A stretch of 64,000 nucleotides of DNA from Paracoccaceae bacterium. Lineage in GTDB: Bacteria; Pseudomonadota; Alphaproteobacteria; Rhodobacterales; Rhodobacteraceae. The DNA is taken from NCBI GenBank assembly GCA_019454225.1, contig CP075370.1, positions 2,721,649 through 2,785,648 of the forward strand, written 5' to 3'. Position numbers and translations under genes: made by a program. Below the pieces are notes generated by a model. It saw only the letters and a program-made list of their open reading frames with translations, ran no database searches and was not told the origin of the DNA. This document shows positions 55,999-64,000 of the stretch, piece by piece; the stretch's first letter is position 1; each line of letters starts with the position of its first letter.

Positions 55999-58947
55999 AT
56001 GAACGAAAAGCCGGAAACGACGCAGTTCCTGCGCCCGTTTGCCGCCGCGCCCGACGGCGGTGCGCTTGCCCGCGATCTTGTCGGGCGGATGAAGGGCGGG
56101 GTCGCCGCCGACCCGTATTCGCGCGGCCGCTACGCGACCGATGCGTCGATCTACCAGATCATGCCGGCGGCGGTTGCCTTTCCGAAGGATGTCGAGGACG
56201 TGCAGGCAGCACTGGATGCCGCGACGCGCCATGATGTTGCGGTGATCGCACGCGGCGGCGGGACATCGCAGAACGGGCAGCCGGTGGGTGCCGGTCTGGT
56301 GCTGGATTTCAGCCGCCACTTCAATGCCGTGCTGGAGGTTGACGCCGACGCGATGACCGCAAGGGTCGAGCCCGGCGTGGTGCTGGAACGCCTGAACACC
56401 CGGTTGCGGGCGCAGGGGCTGTTCTTTCCGGTCGAGCCTTCGACCGCCAGCCGCTGCACCATCGGCGGGATGACGGGCAACAATTCCTGCGGCGCCCGTT
56501 CGCTCGCCTACGGCAAGATGGTCGACAACGTGCTGTCGGTCGAGGCGCTATTCGCCGACGGGACGCCGTTCCGGTTTCACAACGGTGCCGATTCGGACCG
56601 GTCCTGGGCGATCGCGCACGAGATGCGCAGCCTCGCCGAACGCCTGCGCCCCGAGATCGAGGCCCGTTTTCCGAAGGTCCAGCGCCGCGTGGGGGGCTAC
56701 AACCTTGACCGGCTGCTGCTGCCCGATCCGCATGACGCGGGCCTTCTGGTCGGGTCCGAGGGCACGCTGGCACTGACCACGGCAGTCACGCTGAAGCTGT
56801 CGCGCCTGCCCAGCCACCGGGTGTTGGGCATCTGCCATTTCCCGTCGTTCCGCGCGGCCATGGAAACGACACGCCATCTGGTCGCCCTCGGGCCGACGGC
56901 CGTCGAACTGGTCGACAACAATGTTCTGACGCTCGGTGCCGACATGCCGCTGTTCCGCCGGACGCTGGACCGGATCACCAGGGGGCGGCCCGACTGCCTG
57001 TTGCTGGTGGAGTTCGCGGGCGATGCATCGGCACCGCTGTTGCAGCAACTGGCCAGGCTGGAAAGCTGCATGGCCGACCATGGCCATCCCGACGCCATCG
57101 TCGCCGTCACCGACCCCGTCATGCAGCGCGAGGTCTGGGACATGCGCGAGGCCTGCCTCAACATCATGATGTCGGCGCGGGGCGACGCCAAGGCCGTCAG
57201 CTTCATCGAGGATTGCGCCGTTCCGCTGGAACACCTGGCCGACTACACCGACGCGATAACGGCGCTGTTCGACCGCCATGGCACGCGCGGCACCTGGTAT
57301 GCCCATGCATCGGTCGGCTGCCTGCATGTCCGGCCGATCCTGAACATGAAGGATCCGCGTGGCCTGGCAGCGATGCGCACCATTGCCGAGGAAGCCTGCG
57401 ATCTTGTCCGGCGCTTCAAGGGGTCGCATTCCGGGGAACATGGCGACGGGATTTCACGGTCCGAGTTCCACGAACGGATGTTCGGTGCGCGCCTGGTGCG
57501 CGGGTTCGAGGCGGTGAAGGATGGCTTCGACCCCGGCGAGCGCCTGAATCCGGGCAAGATCGTGCGCCCCTACCGGATGGACGATCCCGAACTGATGCGC
57601 TTTGCCCCCGGCTATGCCGTCACGCAACCCGAACGGACGGCGCTTGACTGGGGCGATCCGGCCGAGGGCGGCTTCGGCGGCGCGGTCGAGATGTGCAACA
57701 ACAATGGCACCTGCCGCAAGCTTGCCGGTGGGGGCATGTGCCCGAGCTATCGCGTGACCCGCGAGGAAAAACACCTCACGCGCGGCAGGGCGAACACGCT
57801 GCGGCTGGCGATCTCGGGGCAACTGGGCCCCGATGCCATGAGTTCGGCCGAGATGAAGGGCAGCATGGCGCTGTGCGTCGGCTGCAAGGCCTGCCGCCAT
57901 GAATGCCCGACCGGCGTCGACATGGCGAAGATGAAGATCGAGGTGCTGCATCAGCACCACGCGCGGCACGGCCTGCCGCTGCGCGAGCGTCTGGTGGCCT
58001 TCCTGCCGCGCTACGCCCCGCTGGCATCGCGCCTGCGCTGGCTTGTCAACCTGCGCGACCGGGTGCCGGGGCTTGCCTGGGCCAGCGAGCGGATGCTGGG
58101 CATGTCGGCCCGCCGCGCCCTGCCCGTCTGGTCGGCGCCCTGGCAGGAAACCGGCGACCCCGCACGGCCAGAGGACGTAAGGGGTGACGGATTGGACATC
58201 GTCCTGTTCGCCGATACCTTCAATCGCTACTTCGAGCCCGAGAACCTGACGGCGGCGCGGCAGGTGCTGCGTGCCGCCGGCTACCGGCTGCACCGCGTGG
58301 CACCGCCGACCGCCCGCCCGCTGTGCTGCGGCCGCACCTTCCTGGCGGCAGGTCAGGTGGATCAGGCCAGAATCGAGGCCGAACGCCTCGTCCGCGCGCT
58401 GGCCCCCTATGTGGCGCGGGGGGCACGGATCGTGGGGCTGGAGCCGTCATGCCTGCTGACGCTGCGCGACGAGTTGCTGGCGGTCCTGCCGGGCGAGGCG
58501 TCGCGGCAGATCGCGGGGGCGGCATTTCTGGTCGAGGAACTGATGGCATCCGATTTGACGCTGGGCCGCATCACGCTGCCCCTGCGGGACCTGGGCCCGA
58601 GGGTCGCCCACCTGCATGGCCATTGCCATCAGAAGGCGTTCGGTGCGATGGGCCCCGTTGCGGAGATCCTGGCGCATGTCCCCGGGCTCGAGGTGCGCCA
58701 CATCGAATCGGCCTGCTGCGGCATGGCGGGCGCCTTTGGCCATCAGGCCGAAACCTATGACGTCTCGGTCGCGATGGCGGAGCTGTCGCTGCTGCCTGCC
58801 CTGCGCAAGGCCGGGGCTGACGACCTGATCCTTGCCGACGGCACAAGCTGCCGCAAGCAGATCGCCGATGGCGCCGGGCGCCCGGCGCTGCATGTCGTGC
58901 GCCTGCTGGCACGACATGTGCCAGAGGGCAAGCGCGCAGGCCCCTAG
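55999..58947 (+). CDS. FAD-linked oxidase fused to 4Fe-4S and CCG (HdrD/GlpC-like) domains (YdiJ-like 2-hydroxyacid dehydrogenase)
   Basis: FAD_binding_4 N-terminus (ARGGGTSQNGQ), ferredoxin motifs CNNNGTCRKLAGGGMCP and CVGCKACRHECP, and CCG motifs CCGRTF and CCGMAGAFG. Confidence 0.85.
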   Translation: MNEKPETTQFLRPFAAAPDGGALARDLVGRMKGGVAADPYSRGRYATDASIYQIMPAAVAFPKDVEDVQAALDAATRHDVAVIARGGGTSQNGQPVGAGLVLDFSRHFNAVLEVDADAMTARVEPGVVLERLNTRLRAQGLFFPVEPSTASRCTIGGMTGNNSCGARSLAYGKMVDNVLSVEALFADGTPFRFHNGADSDRSWAIAHEMRSLAERLRPEIEARFPKVQRRVGGYNLDRLLLPDPHDAGLLVGSEGTLALTTAVTLKLSRLPSHRVLGICHFPSFRAAMETTRHLVALGPTAVELVDNNVLTLGADMPLFRRTLDRITRGRPDCLLLVEFAGDASAPLLQQLARLESCMADHGHPDAIVAVTDPVMQREVWDMREACLNIMMSARGDAKAVSFIEDCAVPLEHLADYTDAITALFDRHGTRGTWYAHASVGCLHVRPILNMKDPRGLAAMRTIAEEACDLVRRFKGSHSGEHGDGISRSEFHERMFGARLVRGFEAVKDGFDPGERLNPGKIVRPYRMDDPELMRFAPGYAVTQPERTALDWGDPAEGGFGGAVEMCNNNGTCRKLAGGGMCPSYRVTREEKHLTRGRANTLRLAISGQLGPDAMSSAEMKGSMALCVGCKACRHECPTGVDMAKMKIEVLHQHHARHGLPLRERLVAFLPRYAPLASRLRWLVNLRDRVPGLAWASERMLGMSARRALPVWSAPWQETGDPARPEDVRGDGLDIVLFADTFNRYFEPENLTAARQVLRAAGYRLHRVAPPTARPLCCGRTFLAAGQVDQARIEAERLVRALAPYVARGARIVGLEPSCLLTLRDELLAVLPGEASRQIAGAAFLVEELMASDLTLGRITLPLRDLGPRVAHLHGHCHQKAFGAMGPVAEILAHVPGLEVRHIESACCGMAGAFGHQAETYDVSVAMAELSLLPALRKAGADDLILADGTSCRKQIADGAGRPALHVVRLLARHVPEGKRAGP

Positions 58948-58948
58948 C

Positions 58949-58989
58949 GGCGGGGGGGGGTCCGCGTCTGGTGCGGATTCCCCCCCGCC
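58949..58989. terminator. Long G/C-tract hairpin between convergent genes (possible bidirectional terminator)
   Basis: GGCGGGGGGGGGTCCGC-gtctggt-GCGGATTCCCCCCCGCC: a 17-bp stem including two G-U pairs. No clear U tract on either strand. Confidence 0.4.
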
Positions 58990-59019
58990 CTGAACGGTCT
59001 GGCCGCGCGCGCCGCGCGA

Positions 59020-62000
59020 TCACACGGCGGGAGGTTCCGGAACCGAGGGCATCAGCGGCAGCAACGCATCGGCCAGCGCGTCGGCATCATCGCAAAGATG
59101 CAGCGGCAGTATCACCGCGTCCGGCATGGCACGCGCACGCTCTGCCTGTGCACCCAGATCGAACACCGCCGCGCGGAGGCCCAGCGCTTCGGCGAATGAC
59201 AGCGTGTAGCAATGCGTCTCTGGCCAGAGACTGGGAACGAACAGCAGGTCAGGATGCAGGTGTGTCAGATGTTCCAGCGCCTCGGTCTCGCGCCGGTAGG
59301 GGCCGGTGACGCGGACACCCAGTTGCCGCAGCCGGTCGTCGATGTCGCTGTGGCCGACCACGGACAGGTCGACCGGCAGGGCCCGGCGCCGCACCGTCTC
59401 GGCCAGCGCCTCGATCACGCGGCTTCCCTTGTGCGGCCAGACCTTGCCCGGCACCACCATGCGCAGCCGACCGTCCGGCTTGCGCGGCGGCAGCGCGGCG
59501 GCGGCGAGGTGCGGCGGATGGGCGACCACCTCGAACCGGTGGCGGGGAAAGTAACGCCGGAAGATCGCGGCGGCGGCCTCGCTGGGAAGGATGCGGCGGT
59601 CCGCCCGGTCGAACAGCGCGGCATAGGCGGCCTGGCGCTGCAGCGGATCGCCCTGCCCTGCCTCGGCCAGCGGATCGGTCATCGCGGCCCAGGCTTGCAG
59701 CGTGTCGGTATCGGGCGGCCCCCGCCAGGGCGACCCATCGGGCGGCAACAGGCAATACTGGGCACTGATCGCGGCATAGTCATGCCCGATGAACACGATC
59801 TCGCCCCGCAAGGCCGCCAGATCCTCAATCACCTGCGCCTGCATCGGCCAGGACAGGCCCGACAGGCTGTGCACGACAATCTGACCCGGCGACATGGCCG
59901 CGATGCAGCGCGCCAGAAGCCCCCGGTCGCCGCGCAGGTCCACCGCCGAAAGATTGGGAACGAACATACCGCTGCGCGCGTCCGTCTCGACCGTCATGCG
60001 GCAACCATCGTGCAGGCGCAGGATGGCGGCTCCCGGCACCTGACGGATCGCCTGACCCAGATAGGTCTCGACGCCGCCGCCCATGCCATGGCTGATGTGC
60101 AGTGCAGTCACCTGTCCCTGCGCCGCCAACCGCGCAAGATCCAGCGCACGGCGCGCGGACCGCAGCGGATCGGCCCGCAGATGCGTGCGCACGGCGGCAT
60201 TGTGCAGACTGTCCGCCGCGACAATCGGCGCAGGCGCCGAACGTGGCACGCCGGCCCCGGCACGCGGCACGAACAGGTCGCAGGCCACCAGATTCCGCAG
60301 ACCTGCGCGGCGGGCCCGGCGCCCGATCTGCTCCACCGGATCGGTGTCGCCTCCACCATGCGCCAGCAGGGCCAGCGCCTGCGTCGTGACCAGCACACAG
60401 GCCCCGTCTGCGCCCGGCACCTCGACCGCGCGGCCCGCGTTGACGGTCCCGGCAAGACGGTCGATCGCCGCGGCGGACGGTTCGCAGGCCACAAGGTTCG
60501 CGGCCGCGGCACGCGGATAGGCCGCGAAGGCCGCGTGGGTGGACAGCGCGGTGACCGTGGCGACCGGGTCGGCGGCATGCGCCATCAGGCGGCCGAACCA
60601 GCCGGAGAAGACCTGCGCATCCTGCGCGACGACCACCGCCGCGCGTCCCAGGTCCTGCCCCGACAGCACGTCGCGCAGCAGTGCGTTGCGGGGCGTTCCG
60701 GGGGGCGCCGTCCGCCAGAAGACATGACCCTCTTCGTCCAGCGCGGCGAGATCGGCGGTCCAGTCGGCACGGTCGCCCACCTCGACAACTGACACGTCAT
60801 AGGCCGCATCGCCCCGGTTGCGCAGCAGCGACATGATCGTGGGGCGGGGATCGCCGCCCTCGGGCTCGATCAGGACATGAACGGTTGCCACGATGTCGTC
60901 GGTCAGCAGCCGGGGAATGCGCAGCCGGTCGGCAGCCTCCGGCAACGGCGGCGCGGGCCACAGCGTGGTGCCATCCGGAACCCCCCGGATACCGGCCGGG
61001 CGCCCGACATGCTGGAAATGCGCCAGCGGGAATACCCCTTCGGGCAGGCCGACGGGCAGTTGCGCGGCATAGTGCCGGGGATCGAACAGCGGTGAGGGGA
61101 GCCGCCCCTCCTTCCAGCCGTGCAGCAGGTAGTGAACTTCTGGGTCGGCGCCATCGTGCGGCAGGCCCGGGTTCTGCGCCACATAGAAGTCGGCATCGAA
61201 CAGGTCGGTCATCGATGCCTCGACACGGTCCCAACTGTCCCGCGTGCCGATGATATGCGTCAGCATGGTCGCCGCTGCCGGGGCGCGGTCGCCCGACATG
61301 AGTGCGGACAGTGCCAGACTGAATGCCTCGGCCCGATTGCCCGCGGCCAGGTGGGCGTTTGCCTCTTGCAGGTTGCGGGGCAAGGGCGGGGCCGCAGCGG
61401 TCGTCGCCGGTCGCGCCGCGGCAGGCTGCGGGTCCGCGACGGGTTCCGATACGCCCGACAACCGCGCCCGCAGGGCGCGGACGACCTGCGGCTGTCGTTC
61501 GGCGGAGTCGGCCAGCGCTGCCTCGCCCAGAGCCTCGCGCAGGTAGTGAACGAACGGATTGGCTCCGCTTTCCGCCACCGCCGGTGTCTCGCGCAGATAT
61601 GCCTCCGAGGAAAAGCCCGGGGCCGGATCGCGCCCGGTGACTCCGCCCAGGATCAGATAGTGCAGCACCGGGTCCGACGGCACCTCGCGCGGGGCGAAAC
61701 CCCGGCAATAGGCGGGGACATTCATGAACTCCGCGACAAGCGCCCGGTCCGGATGCGCCGCGAAGCCCCGGCCCGGCGCCGCAATATCCAGACGCCGCTC
61801 GATCACCGCGTCGGCGGCCGCCTGCAACCGCATGATCACGCCGAGGCGACGCATGTCGTTGCCGCCCGCCTCGCGATGCGCGCAGAATATGTGCAGGCGC
61901 AGTTCCTCTGCATCCTCCGGCAGGGTGAAGACCGGCAGCCTCGTAAGCTTGCCGCGCGTCACCTCGACACGGTGGCAGGTCTGTCCATCCCAGACGGCGA

Positions 62001-62139
62001 CCACTTTGCTCGACTGCTGCCGCGCATCATGCGGCAGGAAGAACGACACCTGGACATCGCCACGGCCCTCGATCGCCAGCGCGCCCTCGATCTCGAGCCA
62101 GCCGTCGCCGTGCCAGTTGATCGCTTTGACGCGGCTCAT
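59020..62139 (-). CDS. Large multidomain glycosyltransferase-like protein (C-terminal GT1/GT4-like domain)
   Basis: 1039-aa continuous ORF. The C-terminus MVVPGKVWPHKGSRV...VGHSD...FVPSLWPETHCYTLSEA is GT-B-like. Two copies of the DPxxHYLxxGxxEGR motif occur near the N-terminus. Confidence 0.6.
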   Translation of the reverse strand: MSRVKAINWHGDGWLEIEGALAIEGRGDVQVSFFLPHDARQQSSKVVAVWDGQTCHRVEVTRGKLTRLPVFTLPEDAEELRLHIFCAHREAGGNDMRRLGVIMRLQAAADAVIERRLDIAAPGRGFAAHPDRALVAEFMNVPAYCRGFAPREVPSDPVLHYLILGGVTGRDPAPGFSSEAYLRETPAVAESGANPFVHYLREALGEAALADSAERQPQVVRALRARLSGVSEPVADPQPAAARPATTAAAPPLPRNLQEANAHLAAGNRAEAFSLALSALMSGDRAPAAATMLTHIIGTRDSWDRVEASMTDLFDADFYVAQNPGLPHDGADPEVHYLLHGWKEGRLPSPLFDPRHYAAQLPVGLPEGVFPLAHFQHVGRPAGIRGVPDGTTLWPAPPLPEAADRLRIPRLLTDDIVATVHVLIEPEGGDPRPTIMSLLRNRGDAAYDVSVVEVGDRADWTADLAALDEEGHVFWRTAPPGTPRNALLRDVLSGQDLGRAAVVVAQDAQVFSGWFGRLMAHAADPVATVTALSTHAAFAAYPRAAAANLVACEPSAAAIDRLAGTVNAGRAVEVPGADGACVLVTTQALALLAHGGGDTDPVEQIGRRARRAGLRNLVACDLFVPRAGAGVPRSAPAPIVAADSLHNAAVRTHLRADPLRSARRALDLARLAAQGQVTALHISHGMGGGVETYLGQAIRQVPGAAILRLHDGCRMTVETDARSGMFVPNLSAVDLRGDRGLLARCIAAMSPGQIVVHSLSGLSWPMQAQVIEDLAALRGEIVFIGHDYAAISAQYCLLPPDGSPWRGPPDTDTLQAWAAMTDPLAEAGQGDPLQRQAAYAALFDRADRRILPSEAAAAIFRRYFPRHRFEVVAHPPHLAAAALPPRKPDGRLRMVVPGKVWPHKGSRVIEALAETVRRRALPVDLSVVGHSDIDDRLRQLGVRVTGPYRRETEALEHLTHLHPDLLFVPSLWPETHCYTLSFAEALGLRAAVFDLGAQAERARAMPDAVILPLHLCDDADALADALLPLMPSVPEPPAV

Positions 62140-62436
62140 CGAATCGCTCCGTACAATCGGCAGTCCCGCGTTCTATCCGCGCCCAGGTCCGCCAACGCAA
62201 CCCCGGCGCCCGCGGAGGTCGAAGAACTGCGCCGACTTATGGCCCGCCCGCCCGGACAGCGCGCCCTGCCGCATTCGCGGGCACAGGCAGAACGCGCAAC
62301 CGGCACAGGCCGATGGCGGCTTGACTTGCCAACTGTTTCCGGGGACGTTGCCCGCCGACACAGGGACAGGCGCTGATCCATCAGGATTTTTTCCTGCATT
62401 GACGTGATCATAGACCGCAGCGCAACAGGCAGGGGC

Positions 62437-63924
62437 ATGGCCAGCAAGACCTTCCTCCACACGAAATACGCCACCGACAACGCCGATGTCGCCAAGCATT
62501 ACGGCGCGGATGACGAACTATTGCTGCGTTCGCACTATGAAACCTACGGACGCAACGAACTGCGCGGCATCGACGCCGCCGAACACATGCGGGTCGAGGG
62601 CGTGCTGTGTTCCGAGTCGGGCCATGTGTTCCTGTCCGGTTGGGCGGATCGCCGCCACATCCGCAAGTTCCATGTGACCATCGACGTCGGCTACGAACGC
62701 TACGATTTCGGCGAGATCGAACCGGCATGGTACCGCCGCCCCGACGTCGCCGCCGTGATCGGCGATACCGAGCGGCCGTCCGGCTATCTCGCGCTGCTTG
62801 AACTGGACGATGTGACGCCGCATCCCAACCTGACCATCCTGGTCAACGGCAAGCCGGTTCACCGCGTGGGCAACACCCGCTGGCAATCGGTGAGCCAGTT
62901 CCTGAACCAGACGCTCGGCGCGGTGGCCGCGGTGGCGGATCTGCCGATCGGGCAGTCGATGGCGGCGTCAGAGGTTCTGCATGAGCCCTTCGCGAGCGTA
63001 TGGCAGGCATTCCTGGCAAAGCTGGGCTTCGTGCTCGCCTTCCAGAACGCGCAGCACGCCGCGGCGGAGCGATCGATCGTCATCACGCTGTACCGTCGCG
63101 CCGACATGCTGATCCCGCAGCTGGAATCGCTGGCACCCCTGCTGGCGGGCTCGGGCACCGAAATCGTCGTGGTCTGCAACGAACTGGTCGGCGCAGAGGT
63201 GGTTGTCGAACGTCTGCGCGGGTTCTGCCAGCTTTGGGACCTGCCGCTGCGCCTTTACCTGTGTTCCGGCAACTCGGGCTTCTCGCACGCCAACAACTTC
63301 GGTGCCGAGGTGGCGCGCGGCCAGACGCTGGTGTTCATGAACCCCGACGTCTTTCCGCCCGAAGACCCCGCGCATGACCAGGGCGTGCGCGACTTCCTGT
63401 TCAATCCGCCGGGTCAGGCACTGCATGGGGCGATGCTGTACTACGGCGATGGCGCGCTGATGCATGCGGGCATGTATGCGGTCTGCGATACGGTGGTGGA
63501 TGCGGTCCGCGCCACCGCGGCACGGGCGGCGCGCGTGGAGCATTTCGGCAAGGGCCTGTCGCACCGGGTGGATGACGATGCGGCCGCGCTCGACGGCGCG
63601 CTGCGAAAGCTGCGTGACGACGTGCTGCTGGTCTCGGCCGCGCTGTGGAAGATCGACCGTGAGCTTTTCCTGACAGTCGGCGGCCTTTCGACGGAATACG
63701 TCTTTGCCTACTACGAGGATGCCGATTTCTGCCTTCGCCTGCGCGAACGCGGCATTCCGATCATCCTGGACCGTGCATCGCGCTGGATTCACATGGAGGG
63801 CGCGGGCAAGGCCTTCAGCCCCCCGCAACGCAGCTTCATGTGGCTGAACCGTTGCCTGTTCTCGCGACGGTTCGGAGCATCTCCCCTCGTCGTGGACAGC
63901 CACGACGACCTCGAACTCTTGTAG
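62437..63924 (+). CDS. Family 2 glycosyltransferase
   Basis: IVITLYRRADML, NSGFSHANNFGAEVARGQTLVFMNPDV and YYEDADFCLRLRERG (GT-A DxD/ED context). ATG 62437 (the track start at 62404 is GTG). Confidence 0.8.
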   Translation: MASKTFLHTKYATDNADVAKHYGADDELLLRSHYETYGRNELRGIDAAEHMRVEGVLCSESGHVFLSGWADRRHIRKFHVTIDVGYERYDFGEIEPAWYRRPDVAAVIGDTERPSGYLALLELDDVTPHPNLTILVNGKPVHRVGNTRWQSVSQFLNQTLGAVAAVADLPIGQSMAASEVLHEPFASVWQAFLAKLGFVLAFQNAQHAAAERSIVITLYRRADMLIPQLESLAPLLAGSGTEIVVVCNELVGAEVVVERLRGFCQLWDLPLRLYLCSGNSGFSHANNFGAEVARGQTLVFMNPDVFPPEDPAHDQGVRDFLFNPPGQALHGAMLYYGDGALMHAGMYAVCDTVVDAVRATAARAARVEHFGKGLSHRVDDDAAALDGALRKLRDDVLLVSAALWKIDRELFLTVGGLSTEYVFAYYEDADFCLRLRERGIPIILDRASRWIHMEGAGKAFSPPQRSFMWLNRCLFSRRFGASPLVVDSHDDLELL

Positions 63925-63937
63925 GAGCCGGAACCCG

Positions 63938-64000
63938 GTGCGATTCCTGACTGTCGCTCTCTATCATCCGCGTGTCATGAAGGGCGGTGCCCAACAGGTC
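63938..64000 (+). CDS. 5' end of a CDS, probably a GT1/GT4 glycosyltransferase (truncated by window)
   Basis: GTG 63938 follows GGAGCC. VRFLTVALYHPRVMKGGAQQV resembles glycosyltransferase N-termini. Only 21 codons are visible. Confidence 0.35.
   Translation, partial: MRFLTVALYHPRVMKGGAQQV

Overview
High-GC (about 65-70%) alphaproteobacterial chromosome segment, Rhodobacterales-like (olsBA, chpT and an Ala-rich L21 tail; this placement is inference). It is densely packed with about 58 protein genes and one tRNA. All family calls come from motifs I recognised by eye in the translated ORFs, with no database search. The ORF track writes GTG and TTG starts as M (checked at 1825, 13101, 46582 and 51747), so I re-set many starts to internal ATGs with a Shine-Dalgarno or to ATGA/TGATG coupling points.

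Gene content, left to right:
- olsB-olsA (ornithine lipid), a DUF3553 gene and chpT.
- proA-proB-obg, a GNAT gene, and rplU-rpmA with a promoter and terminator.
- A secreted DUF2059-like protein and tRNA-Ser(CGA).
- A roughly 2 kb low-GC islet (see below).
- YdeI, a Tat-signal epoxide hydrolase, a LysR regulator and an LLM oxidoreductase.
- A copper module (DUF2946-like, YcnI, YcnJ-like CopC/CopD).
- A Dpp/Opp-type ABC operon ending in an alpha/beta hydrolase and a GntR regulator, with a divergent fumarylacetoacetase pair.
- A nine-gene tightly coupled sugar/polyol-like catabolic operon.
- The four-gene imelysin / di-haem / imelysin / DUF1513 cluster.
- matA-matB with a GntR regulator.
- A TRAP, enolase-superfamily, class-V aminotransferase operon with a divergent FAD/Fe-S oxidase.
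- A glycosyltransferase locus with a 1039-aa multidomain protein.

Most interesting candidate: the tRNA-Ser-anchored islet at 9232-11183, bounded by a degenerate copy of the tRNA 3' end and lacking any integrase. Its only cargo is a fusion of a phage MuF (SPP1 gp7-like) head-protein domain to a GH19/COG3179 lysozyme-like domain. That gene is ATGA-coupled to an orphan signal-peptide protein. I read the pair as a stand-alone MuF-type polymorphic peptidoglycan-hydrolase toxin with a periplasmic immunity protein, possibly delivered by a phage or GTA particle.

No CRISPR array, IS element, transposase, integrase or rRNA was seen.
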